64,000 bases of DNA from contig UQMD01000003.1 in NCBI GenBank assembly GCA_900542155.1, positions 88,099-152,098 on the forward strand, written 5' to 3'. Below the pieces are notes generated by a model that saw only the letters and a list, made by a program, of their open reading frames with translations, did not search any database and was not told where the DNA came from. Each line of letters opens with the position of its first letter. The first letter of the stretch is position 1. Positions 17,090 to 26,015 of this stretch are shown piece after piece. The position numbers and the translations under genes are program-made. The stretch is from an uncultured Collinsella sp. (GTDB lineage: Bacteria > Actinomycetota > Coriobacteriia > Coriobacteriales > Coriobacteriaceae).

Positions 17090-18754
17090 CTAGGCAACCT
17101 TATCGAGCTTAAGCAGGTCGCTGCGCTCGGCCGCCGCTTCCTTCGCGCTCTTCCACTGATTAAGCGCCAGATCGATCTCGGAACAGCCTTCCTGGATCCG
17201 TTTGGAGTATTTGGCCTCAATCTCTTCTGCCTCCGCAGCGCGCTGCTTGCTCGAGAGGCCCGTCTTTACTAGACAATAGCCAGCCCCCGCAAGAAGCAGA
17301 ATGCCAATAACCTGGTTTACAAACGCAAAGAAAGCTACTCCCAAAACAGCGAGGACAACGGCCGCTATCTTGTGGCTCTTGTTGCCCTTCGCAACCTTGA
17401 CATCAAGCTCAGCGAGCTCCTTTTTCTTCTCTTCACCGACATAGCGAACATAATCGCCGCGCAGCGCATTACCCTCATCGCCGGTAACCGCCCTGCTTGT
17501 CCATCCGTCGAAGTCAAGGGTGATCGCCTGCGGAAATTCGGGGATATCGCTCTTGCGATACCGGTTGAAACCACCGTTGATATAGGAACCCAAAAACTGA
17601 ATCGCGGTCTTCTTCTTATGCACATCCACAGACGCACTCTGGTCGCGCATCGAGCGTGTCATCTGGTCGATGATGTTCATCGTCTGCTGACGCTTCTCAT
17701 CGCGGCGACGATTGACGAGCTCTCGGGCGCGCTCTACGTCTCCGCCAAATGCTTTGACCGCAAGAAGATACTCCTCCTGGCGGCGCAAATTTCGCTCCTT
17801 GGAGTCATCGGAGTTAACGAGCTCCATCAAATGCCTGTCAACCTGCTCGGCAAGCGTCCTCTCGTCAACATCAGAAGCCTTGAGGTCGGCGAAGTCATTG
17901 GAGATGCTCTCGATTGCCTCGACTTTTCCGAGATACTTATTTATGTAGTCAAACTCCTTGACCACCACCTTGAGCGCCGGATATCTCGAGCTCATATCCT
18001 CCTCGTAGCCGGTAAAGTACTCCGCCCATGACTCTGACTGCTCATTCTCGAACTCAGGGCTCTGATTTCTGATCTGCTCGATCCAGCCCGCCATATAGTC
18101 GTCGCACAGGTGCTTTTCGTCGGTTCCGAAGATGCCGTTGATATAAGCATCGATGTAGACCATCGCATCGGCATCGATGCGGGCGGCGTTTTGCGTCGAG
18201 AAGTAGCGTGCTAGCCATTCGTAGCACGTAGCCGTGCGGTTATTACGTCTGCAGATCAGAGCCATCGCAAGCGACGTGTGCTCGTTGTCACGTTTGACAG
18301 CCTCGCGTATTGCGCGCTCTGCAAGATCTCGGTTGTTGTTGATCCATGCCGCAAGGGCAACCAGGACAGGCGCCAGCCAGTAGTCCGGGGTAGAAATCAT
18401 TAACTCCTCGGAGACCGTCGAAATCGTCGCCTTGCGCACGAGCGCTGCATCGGTTGCCTGGAGAATACCGACCATGGTGTTTCGAACCACCGAGTAGTTG
18501 CCGAACTTCTTGTCCATCTCCTGCCGGACGCTCACGAGCTCCGTAGTCGCCTGCTCAAGTGCGGCGGTACGACGCTGTTCGAGCATCATCTCGAGAAAGT
18601 CCTTTCGGAGCTTTTTAAGGTCCTTCCGCACTTCCTCCATTTGGGATTCGACCTTATCGACCTTCGTGGTCATCTGGTCAACTTTTGTTCCAATAGCGGC
18701 GATCCTGCGCTCGATAAGGGCAGTATCTAATCCCGAATCACTCATCTGTACCAC
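17090..18754 (-). CDS. Large coiled-coil protein with a C-terminal transmembrane anchor (hypothetical; part of the SPFH gene cluster)
   Basis: The 554-aa protein has an N-terminal heptad-rich segment (..ERRIAAIGTKVDQMTTKVDKVESQMEEVRKDLKKLRKDFLE..). Near the C-terminus lies a single hydrophobic helix IAAVVLAVLGVAFFAFVNQVIGILLLAGAGYCLV. No catalytic motif is recognised. Confidence 0.7.
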   Translation of the reverse strand: MVQMSDSGLDTALIERRIAAIGTKVDQMTTKVDKVESQMEEVRKDLKKLRKDFLEMMLEQRRTAALEQATTELVSVRQEMDKKFGNYSVVRNTMVGILQATDAALVRKATISTVSEELMISTPDYWLAPVLVALAAWINNNRDLAERAIREAVKRDNEHTSLAMALICRRNNRTATCYEWLARYFSTQNAARIDADAMVYIDAYINGIFGTDEKHLCDDYMAGWIEQIRNQSPEFENEQSESWAEYFTGYEEDMSSRYPALKVVVKEFDYINKYLGKVEAIESISNDFADLKASDVDERTLAEQVDRHLMELVNSDDSKERNLRRQEEYLLAVKAFGGDVERARELVNRRRDEKRQQTMNIIDQMTRSMRDQSASVDVHKKKTAIQFLGSYINGGFNRYRKSDIPEFPQAITLDFDGWTSRAVTGDEGNALRGDYVRYVGEEKKKELAELDVKVAKGNKSHKIAAVVLAVLGVAFFAFVNQVIGILLLAGAGYCLVKTGLSSKQRAAEAEEIEAKYSKRIQEGCSEIDLALNQWKSAKEAAAERSDLLKLDKVA

Positions 18755-18817
18755 CTTTCAGTTTGAACTGTTTAGATCATCCAATAGCTTTAAGCGAGTA
18801 AGCACCCGCCATCCGCT

Positions 18818-19642
18818 TTATTGAGAGGCCATGCTTCGGTATTGCTCGGACACCTGCTGATAGGCCACGAGAAACTTCTGTTTGTATTGGCTTGCCTTCA
18901 TCGAATTGACGATGCGCCCGACGGGCTCCACATAGTGTTCGAGAAAGTACGAGGTCCTTCTTCGTAACGCAAACGAACCAGTTTTATAGGGGGACCCGGG
19001 GTTCTCTCTAATGCCCTTGAGTAGTGCGAGACACGTCTTGGGTATGTTGCAGTTGGCGGCGATATCTTGATAGAAGCTCTCCCGCTCTGCGGTCATAAAG
19101 TCTTCCGAAGCATACCGCGCTATGCAGAACGGGCACACAGCATCGATAAAGCTCTCAAGCCGAGACCGATCCTCCATGCTCTGCATATTGGCGACCACGA
19201 GCGATACCATCTGAACCTCAAAGTCACGCATGTTGTAGAGCGTCGACTCAAACAAGTCGATCAAGTCACGCACTTCGTCATATTCGAGAGGGATATCTTC
19301 GGCCCTTTTAAAGAAAACCGTCATCGAACCCGAAAGACCTTCGCAAAACTCATCGCAGTACGCAACCATAAACTGTGCTGCCGCGTTGTCTTGCATCATA
19401 TTGAGCACGTCCGCGGCAAATTTGCGGGCCTCCGGAAAGTTACCACCCTTAAAAAACTTGATGGCATTGTCCTTGGCAAACGCGATTTTGCCCGTGGCCC
19501 CCAGACGCGCCCGCGAATAGTACATCTCGCGACCGCACTGGTTGCAATGAACCTTTCGAGTTGCGGGGTCAAACTCGACATCGGTGCTGCCGCAGCCCTC
19601 ACAAGTTATACCGTTGATTTCCAATAGCTTCCCCCACTTCAA
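18818..19642 (-). CDS. Zinc-ribbon domain protein (N-terminal CxxC-x18-CxxC), hypothetical
   Basis: The motif is ...ITCEGCGSTDVEFDPATRKVHCNQCGREMYY... The remainder shows no recognisable domain. The gene is co-directional and tightly spaced with its neighbours. Confidence 0.7.
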   Translation of the reverse strand: MKWGKLLEINGITCEGCGSTDVEFDPATRKVHCNQCGREMYYSRARLGATGKIAFAKDNAIKFFKGGNFPEARKFAADVLNMMQDNAAAQFMVAYCDEFCEGLSGSMTVFFKRAEDIPLEYDEVRDLIDLFESTLYNMRDFEVQMVSLVVANMQSMEDRSRLESFIDAVCPFCIARYASEDFMTAERESFYQDIAANCNIPKTCLALLKGIRENPGSPYKTGSFALRRRTSYFLEHYVEPVGRIVNSMKASQYKQKFLVAYQQVSEQYRSMASQ

Positions 19643-19678
19643 CCATCAAAGTGCCCTGGCAAAAAGCAGCGCGAGCCC

Positions 19679-20380
19679 TTATTTGACAGCGGTCAGCGCC
19701 GCATTGCGCTTTTTCCAGATATTGCGCGCATCATGGACAAGGCCAACCGTAACATCTGCCGGCTCATCGGCACTCATGGAATTCGAGACCGCCTCAAGCG
19801 CGGCGGAGAACTGTCGCTCGATCTCTTGAACATGGGGTTGCGACATGTTGGAACTAAAGGAGATGTCATCCTTAAGCGCTTTGAGTTCGGCTTTGACCTG
19901 AGCGTCCTGCGCCACGGCGAGGAGCTGTCCCACATACGATCCGAACTGCGCCGTTTGAACCGTCTTTGCGGCCACGGCAGCAACCTTTTGGTCAACCTGG
20001 CGGCCATTGAAGCCCAGACCCATCTGCACAAGGACAAGCACAGCAAGAAGGACAACGTTTACGACGACTGGAATCGTGCTGCCGCCCCACCCATATGCCG
20101 CAAACACAAAGTACGTGTTGGCCAGAAGGGCAACGACAAAGTAGGCACAGCTGGATGCGGCCGGCAAATAATGGATTTCGGTCGTGCTTTTGACCGTGGA
20201 CTGCTTATCGGACATGGCAGCCGAAATCGAAGCCGCCGCAAAAGCCAAAACCCCAAAGCCAAGCGACATAGCAAAGACGATAGGGTTCATCAGCGCGTTT
20301 TTGCAGACAAACATGATTACAAGCCACGCCACCAAGACGATTGCCTCGCCCAAAATGACACGTTTAACAGAACCGTTCAT
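19679..20380 (-). CDS. Integral membrane protein (about 4 transmembrane helices), hypothetical
   Basis: Four hydrophobic helices lie in the first 120 aa and are followed by a soluble C-domain. The gene starts 13 nt downstream of the SPFH gene stop. Confidence 0.7.
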   Translation of the reverse strand: MNGSVKRVILGEAIVLVAWLVIMFVCKNALMNPIVFAMSLGFGVLAFAAASISAAMSDKQSTVKSTTEIHYLPAASSCAYFVVALLANTYFVFAAYGWGGSTIPVVVNVVLLAVLVLVQMGLGFNGRQVDQKVAAVAAKTVQTAQFGSYVGQLLAVAQDAQVKAELKALKDDISFSSNMSQPHVQEIERQFSAALEAVSNSMSADEPADVTVGLVHDARNIWKKRNAALTAVK

Positions 20381-20392
20381 CTTTGTTTCTCC

Positions 20393-21769
20393 TTATTGGA
20401 TCTTAGTTCCACAATCGGGGCAGAATTTGGTCCCTTCGGGCAACTCGGCTCCGCAGCTCGGGCACCTTGGCGAGATCAACCGGTTCCCGCATTCCAGGCA
20501 GAACTTGGCACCGACCGGGTTAAGATGCCCACACGCCAAACACGCAACACCCTGCTCGAGCTTTTGTCCGCATTCCAGGCAGAACTTAGCACCCATCGGA
20601 TTAACGTTTCCGCAACTGGGACACACGGGACCGTTTTGCATACCTGCGGACGCGGAAGCCGTTCCAACCATGGGAGCAACAGCGCCCATGGCCTGGTTGG
20701 CCAAGTTGGAGAAGCCAGCTCCAAATGCACCGCCCATGCCAACGCCCATGCCGAGTCCCATGCCGGCTCCCATGAGGCCCGATGCGGCACTCCCCTCATT
20801 GCCCGCAGCACTCTCCATTACGTCCATGCCGCGCTCCTGCTGATAGTTGTAGCCTTCGCGCGCACGCTTCCTGGCAAGTGCCTCGGACTCGATGTCCATC
20901 TGGGCAGCGTTACCCTGCGCCTCGAGAATGCTCCGCTTACGCTGGATCTTCATCTCGTTGATGGCAGCAAGATCCTCTTCGAAGGGCTTGATGCTGTTGA
21001 ACGAGAAGTTATCGAGCGTGAGACCAAACTCATCGAAATAGTTAACGAGCTTGCCCTGCATCTGAGACGAGAAGTCGCTCAGATGCGTCGCAATTTTAAG
21101 AACGGAAACCTCCTGGTCAACAATCGCCTTGGCAAGCAGGTCAGGAACATACTCAAGGATTTTTGCCCGCATAAAGGAAGTAAGTTCTTCTCGCGTATAG
21201 CGATCTCGCGTGCCCACGACCTTAACGAGGAACTTCCTCACCTGAATGGGAACCAGGCTCGAGTCATTCTGCTCGATATGCGCGCCAAACAAACCGAAGG
21301 CGCGAACATGAACGTTGACGTCTTCCTCAGGGTCTTGGACAATGATGGGCTCGGTCGTGCCCCAGCGCAGCTCGTTCATGTAGTTAGTATTGATAAAGTA
21401 CACAACGGAATGAAACGCCGAGCTACCGCCGGTAAGCGAATGGGCGGCATTGCGGAACGGGGCGAATCGGCTGTCTCCCGTGTCGAGCTTGATCTTGCAC
21501 GGACCGACAAACACGCTTACCTGAGAATCGCCGGCACCCGTAGCGTCAGTAGAACTGCCCGCCCCCATATTGTTGGTAAAAACGGCAATCTGCGATTGCG
21601 CAACCTGAAGATAGGACCCGTTGGGAAAATCCTCGTAGGGATAGCGGAATGAGACAAGCGAGGCATCTTCGTCGTTGCCAGGCTCCCATTTGATATTGTC
21701 GACAGAAAAGGCACCGAGAATTCCGCTGTGCTTTTCTTCCTTTTCGTTATCGCTATGGAACAGTGACAT
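20393..21769 (-). CDS. SPFH/Band-7 (stomatin/prohibitin-family) protein with three C-terminal zinc ribbons (COG4260 / YdjI-like)
   Basis: The C-terminus contains CPSCGNVNPMGAKFCLECGQKL, CLACGHLNPVGAKFCLECGNRL and CPSCGAELPEGTKFCPDCGTKI. A Gly/Met-rich linker precedes them. The N-terminal about 300 aa resembles the SPFH-domain family that includes B. subtilis YdjI. The start is reset to the ATG of MSLFHSDNEK (21769), preceded by AAAGGAA; the track start is TTG. Confidence 0.8.
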   Translation of the reverse strand: MSLFHSDNEKEEKHSGILGAFSVDNIKWEPGNDEDASLVSFRYPYEDFPNGSYLQVAQSQIAVFTNNMGAGSSTDATGAGDSQVSVFVGPCKIKLDTGDSRFAPFRNAAHSLTGGSSAFHSVVYFINTNYMNELRWGTTEPIIVQDPEEDVNVHVRAFGLFGAHIEQNDSSLVPIQVRKFLVKVVGTRDRYTREELTSFMRAKILEYVPDLLAKAIVDQEVSVLKIATHLSDFSSQMQGKLVNYFDEFGLTLDNFSFNSIKPFEEDLAAINEMKIQRKRSILEAQGNAAQMDIESEALARKRAREGYNYQQERGMDVMESAAGNEGSAASGLMGAGMGLGMGVGMGGAFGAGFSNLANQAMGAVAPMVGTASASAGMQNGPVCPSCGNVNPMGAKFCLECGQKLEQGVACLACGHLNPVGAKFCLECGNRLISPRCPSCGAELPEGTKFCPDCGTKIQ

Positions 21770-21964
21770 GCTGATTCCTTTCGTTAATCCCAAACCACGC
21801 GTTCCGCGTGTCTAATAAATTGTGAACTGCCGAGTCGACAGGCGCATCGAAAGCCTGTGCGCCTCAATCTGTCCCCAACTTAGCTTGGCTAATTATAGCC
21901 CTCAAGTCATCTCATTTAGCCACCCCCGATGAGCGGCAATAATGTCGCACCTTTGGTCAACTGA

Positions 21965-22055
21965 CGAAGAACCGGGAGGGTTCGAACCCCAGATGCCCTT
22001 TTGGGGCATACCCGCTGAGCGGGCGAGCGCGTTCGGCCTCTCGGTCAGCTCTTCG
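21965..22055 (-). other. tRNA-like structured element (T-arm GGGTTCGAACCC, 8-9 bp acceptor-like terminal stem, variable-arm-like hairpin); possible degenerate tRNA or integration-site remnant
   Basis: The minus-sense read is 5'-CGAAGAGCU...GGGUAUGCCC-CAAAA-GGGCAUCUGGGGUUCGAACCCUCCCGGUUCUUCG-3'. The 5' and 3' ends pair over 8-9 bp. A GGTTCGAACCC T-loop-like motif and a perfect 6-bp hairpin ATGCCC/GGGCAT are present. I could not fold a canonical D-arm or anticodon arm, and no CCA is encoded, so this is not a confident tRNA call. Confidence 0.3.
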
Positions 22056-22154
22056 TAACGTCCGTTTTAGCCGCAACTAAACTCGTCGGATGGAACAAGG
22101 GGAAAGGCATAAGAGCCGCGCGCGCGCTGTAATGCCAAAACGGCTCGGTTAAAG

Positions 22155-23648
22155 TTACCAGCTCTCGTGATAGGCCATAATCGACCGACATGGGTACCCT
22201 TCGGAGCCGCATTCCGCAGACGCTACGACCTTTCCGTCTTTATAAAACTCGACGTACCAAACGTACGTTGCCGCCCCCTCCCAATAGTTTGGCTTATCAG
22301 CGACCTTGAACGTAATAGAGGCGTCATCTGGCACAATCAACTCGCGCTTGGCGTTTGCAATGAACGCATCCATGTCGGCGATCACGCCATCGCCGCGCGC
22401 AGCGGCCTCCCCATCGTCGCTGCTATCGGATGCCGCTTCAGATGGTGCTTGAGATGCGCCAGATCGATCGTCCGCAGTGCCAGAGCCGTCCTTCAAAGAG
22501 CCCTCCGAAGGCTCCACCCCTTTGAATGCCTTCCACATATCGCTGCTTGCGGACGGCATTTCAATGTCGGCCTCCGGATACTTCCCGGCGAGCTCGTCAA
22601 GAATTCTGCACGCTTCCTCACGCCCCTGGACCATCGCCTCCTGCGGTTTGCCACCATCCTCAACGGTCCTCACCAAGTAGGCGCCATTCTGCCTATCGAA
22701 TTCCTTATTTTGAATTTGCACCGCGTCTACGACCTCAGGACCCTCTGCAGTAAGCGAAATATAGAAATCTGCCTGGTTACAATCCTGACTACAGGTAAAT
22801 TTAACGATGCCGTCCTTACAGACAGTAATGACTTGGCTCTCACCCTGAGCAATAAAACCGTCATACTGATTCGTCATATTGCTGGAGCCTTCTACCATCT
22901 CTGACGAAGGCATAACCGAAACGGCCTCTCCATCAACAAAGCAGTAGGCACCCACAATCGCCGAAATATCGTTCTGCGCATCGACAAACCCAACAAGCAG
23001 CTCGTCAATTCCGTCGCCATTCAAATCATCGAAAGCATAGTAGTAGCTTAAAAAGCCGGGGGCAGTCTGGTTGTTATAAACGAATATCTGCCCCAGTCCA
23101 GAATCATCACCGCGTCCCTGGGCCCAGTCGTCGTAGCTGGCAGCACCAGCCCCCTTCCGCTCGCAATAGCTCGCAAAGTCCTCGTAACGCGCAACCACGC
23201 CCGCGTAAGCCCTGCGTGCTTTCTTGTTTGTTGCCGCGACCTTCTTTTTGGACGACTTCTCCTCGACTGCAGCCGGCTGCTCCTGCTGCTGCGCTTGAGG
23301 CAGCACAAAGGCTTCGTAAGCTTTGACCAGGGCGTAAGCGACACCAGCGGTAAAGATGATTGCTGCAAGAATGGTGACAAACGTAGGCACAGCAAAACGG
23401 CCGATCTGCCGACGCTGCATCATAAAGGCCGCAAAGGACATATGATCAGAGGGCGCCGGAGAAGGGCCCTCTGCGCGAGATACAGCAGGATCGCTTGTCG
23501 CTTTTCTATCAGCAGACGCCTTTGGTGTACCTGAAGGAAGCGGCTGCTGAGCATTCGCCGGCGCATCATCCACATCCAACGGTTTTCCGCATGCAGAACA
23601 GAATCGCGCCCCGTCTTTGATCTTTGCCCCGCAGCTTGCACAGTACAT
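22155..23648 (-). CDS. Zinc-ribbon / single-transmembrane-helix / extracytoplasmic-domain protein (paralog family member A)
   Basis: The N-terminus is MYCASCGAKIKDGARFCSACG, a zinc ribbon. A Pro/Ser-rich linker follows, then a transmembrane helix FAVPTFVTILAAIIFTAGVAYALV. The about 330-aa extracytoplasmic part contains a DLNGDGIDELLVGF calcium-binding-like loop. Confidence 0.8.
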   Translation of the reverse strand: MYCASCGAKIKDGARFCSACGKPLDVDDAPANAQQPLPSGTPKASADRKATSDPAVSRAEGPSPAPSDHMSFAAFMMQRRQIGRFAVPTFVTILAAIIFTAGVAYALVKAYEAFVLPQAQQQEQPAAVEEKSSKKKVAATNKKARRAYAGVVARYEDFASYCERKGAGAASYDDWAQGRGDDSGLGQIFVYNNQTAPGFLSYYYAFDDLNGDGIDELLVGFVDAQNDISAIVGAYCFVDGEAVSVMPSSEMVEGSSNMTNQYDGFIAQGESQVITVCKDGIVKFTCSQDCNQADFYISLTAEGPEVVDAVQIQNKEFDRQNGAYLVRTVEDGGKPQEAMVQGREEACRILDELAGKYPEADIEMPSASSDMWKAFKGVEPSEGSLKDGSGTADDRSGASQAPSEAASDSSDDGEAAARGDGVIADMDAFIANAKRELIVPDDASITFKVADKPNYWEGAATYVWYVEFYKDGKVVASAECGSEGYPCRSIMAYHESW

Positions 23649-23797
23649 AAATCCCCCTAGAACTTCAGCATATCGAAACGATAGCCCACAGCCTGCAAAC
23701 AGAAAAGGCCCAGGAGCAATTTGCTCGACTGTAAACCTTTTCTTTCACCTTTCAAATTCGCCTGACCCCACGCGGAAGGCATGCGACGGGCTACTTG

Positions 23798-24415
23798 CTA
23801 GGCGCGAGCCATGTGCAGCTTGATTGCCTTGAAGATGATGTTGGCAACCGAGGCAATAGGCCAGAGCGCCACGATCGTCATCGGAACCGATTCGGGAATA
23901 ACAGGAACCGCCCCGTGAATCACGCTGCCCAACCAGTAAAAAAGCATCAGAACCACGACAGGAAGGCCCACGAGAACCACAAGCTCGATTAGCATAATCG
24001 TGATACCGATAATGCCGCTACCATAGACAAAGGGAAGCCTTACACCGCTGCGGTACAGCGAGATAATCACCTTCCAGGGACCAATCAGAAGCAGCGCCAG
24101 CGGAATCATATTGTTAAGTCCCAGCGAGCCACCTCCCAGCACGTAATTGAAAAAGAGCACATAGAGCAATGAAATCACCGCTGCTCGCCCAAGCGACCCG
24201 ATGGACTCGTGAAGCGAATCCTGCAGGCAAGCAGCGGCCTCTGCATCCTCCGCCGCTTGAAACTGAGCCTCGACAGACTGGCTCTCAATCGGCTGGGCCT
24301 CGACGTAAATCGCATCCCCCACCGCGCTGGCCGCAGCCGCGACCGTAGGCGTTCCGCACACGCCGCAGAACTTGGCGCCGTCGTTAATCTCTGCTCCACA
24401 CTGTTTGCAATGCAT
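23798..24415 (-). CDS. Zinc-ribbon membrane protein (paralog family member B; N-terminal zinc ribbon plus about 4 transmembrane helices)
   Basis: The N-terminus is MHCKQCGAEINDGAKFCGVCG. The C-terminal half is polytopic and hydrophobic. Confidence 0.75.
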   Translation of the reverse strand: MHCKQCGAEINDGAKFCGVCGTPTVAAAASAVGDAIYVEAQPIESQSVEAQFQAAEDAEAAACLQDSLHESIGSLGRAAVISLLYVLFFNYVLGGGSLGLNNMIPLALLLIGPWKVIISLYRSGVRLPFVYGSGIIGITIMLIELVVLVGLPVVVLMLFYWLGSVIHGAVPVIPESVPMTIVALWPIASVANIIFKAIKLHMARA

Positions 24416-24554
24416 AATCGGGTCCTTTCTCGTTACCCCTTTTCTTGACGATCACAAGATACGATTTGTCGTTTATCCGATATAGAGATTTTGACCGGGT
24501 AATTTTCCTAAACGTGCTACGCTATTAAACCTGCAGCTAGAGACAGGGGTAACA

Positions 24555-25913
24555 ATGTTTGAGTTCTCCCAAACACGCACCGTTGAAGGTTCGATTCCGT
24601 TTAAGAAAGTCAACCTCATAGAGAACGAACCCAATAGGCCCGTTGGCGAGGCCCAGCTTGTCTTTGAACTCTACATGCCCACCGAGCTGGCCGGCAACAA
24701 AAGCAACGAAGGGCCCGCACACAGCGAGCGCCATGCCGATCTGATCAGGCTGGCATCATGCATCGAACCCACCGCCGTTAAAGAGCAGCCCTTCCGCGCA
24801 AGCCTCTTTAACGTACTTGATTACGCCGAACAGACCGGGCCGCTTTTTGGCAAGCACGCAATAGAATCAGTACGCGATTGGGCCAATGCCGCGATGGCAG
24901 CACTTATTGCCATGCGCATCCAGGAATACCTCAACGGGAGCTGCACCATCGCAAAGGTCTCCGCATTGGAAAGAATCGAGAAATCAGTGGTGACCTGCGC
25001 GGCAAACGGGTCATCCTTCAAGATCTACACCACTATCCTGAGGGCGGGTGGTGATTATACCGACTCATTCAAAAGCCTGCCCATCGTGCGCAAAATCGAA
25101 TCCGATGCGGGATATTTCTACGCCTTTATGTTTATGATCGACGAGGAAGAATCCCTCGTTGCACTCAACGTGCTCTCTTTTGAACACGAGCTCACCGCCA
25201 ATGACTTCAGTGTTTTGCAGGCGATGTTCTACATGGACGAAGACTCCAGCTCGGAGATTTCAGCGCGGCTCAAGGTCAGCAATAGCGAGGAGAGCTTCTA
25301 TGTAATCGACCCTCAAGCAGATATCCAGGAGCGCCGCGAAGAACTTGAAAACGATGACCGCGATGCACTCACCGCTTTGGTGCAGGCGCTCGTGATCTCG
25401 CATCTCTCGGGCGCGCACGTGGATGTGTTCCAGGGTAACGAGTCCACAGGGTTCCTCTCCTTTGACAGCTATCTCTCGTGGCTCTGGTTTGATTTTTCAC
25501 GCAAGCTGAGCACCGTCAAAATTGGCTATTGCGAGCAGTGCGGACGCGCCTATTCACTTGCCGGGCATCGTGGCGTCAAACGGCACTACTGCAGCGATCG
25601 ATGCAAGACCGATGCCAAAAATGAGCGCACGCGCAAGGAGACGGCAAAGATACGCGAGTTGTTTGGAACGGGCACCAGCGTACGCGACATCGCCAACGAG
25701 ATAGAACGTCCCGCGGCCTACGTGCGCTCGCAGCTCAATAAATGGACCAAGCTCAAGCACGATCTGGATGAAGACATTGAGTCAAACGGCTTTGACAGCT
25801 CCAACCTACTCAAACGCTGCACCGCCGAGAAGCTCGACCTCAACAACCTCCTCAACGCCAAGCGCAAAAAGCAAGTTCAGGACTATGCCAGACTCAAGCG
25901 CCACGTTAAGTAG
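24555..25913 (+). CDS. Hypothetical protein with a C-terminal zinc-finger plus putative HTH (lower-GC insert)
   Basis: The 452-aa protein has an N-terminal about 330 aa with no recognised domain. The C-terminus reads ...CEQCGRAYSLAGHRGVKRHYCSDRCKTDAKNERTRKETAKIRELFGTGTSVRDIANEIERPAAYVRSQLNKW, a Cys4-like finger followed by an HTH-like helix pair. The local GC content is about 50-53%, versus about 64% in flanking core genes. Confidence 0.7.
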   Translation: MFEFSQTRTVEGSIPFKKVNLIENEPNRPVGEAQLVFELYMPTELAGNKSNEGPAHSERHADLIRLASCIEPTAVKEQPFRASLFNVLDYAEQTGPLFGKHAIESVRDWANAAMAALIAMRIQEYLNGSCTIAKVSALERIEKSVVTCAANGSSFKIYTTILRAGGDYTDSFKSLPIVRKIESDAGYFYAFMFMIDEEESLVALNVLSFEHELTANDFSVLQAMFYMDEDSSSEISARLKVSNSEESFYVIDPQADIQERREELENDDRDALTALVQALVISHLSGAHVDVFQGNESTGFLSFDSYLSWLWFDFSRKLSTVKIGYCEQCGRAYSLAGHRGVKRHYCSDRCKTDAKNERTRKETAKIRELFGTGTSVRDIANEIERPAAYVRSQLNKWTKLKHDLDEDIESNGFDSSNLLKRCTAEKLDLNNLLNAKRKKQVQDYARLKRHVK

Positions 25914-26015
25914 AAACGCTGTCATTTCTGTTCCATCCGATTGACGGGTGGAAAGTTGCTCACATACGTGTTAGTAATATATATGTTAGTAATACGTATA
26001 TGAGCGAGGCATATC

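Noticed and set aside
19733-21652. Plus-strand ORF 19733-21652 (639 aa)
   Set aside because: It is antisense to the SPFH and 4-helix membrane protein genes. It is His/Arg/Gly-rich with no domain signatures.
21965-22055. Calling a bona fide tRNA or tRNA-Sec here
   Set aside because: The acceptor-like stem and T-loop-like motif are present. I could not build a D-arm or a 7-nt anticodon loop with a 5-bp stem, and no CCA is encoded. It is reported only as a tRNA-like element.
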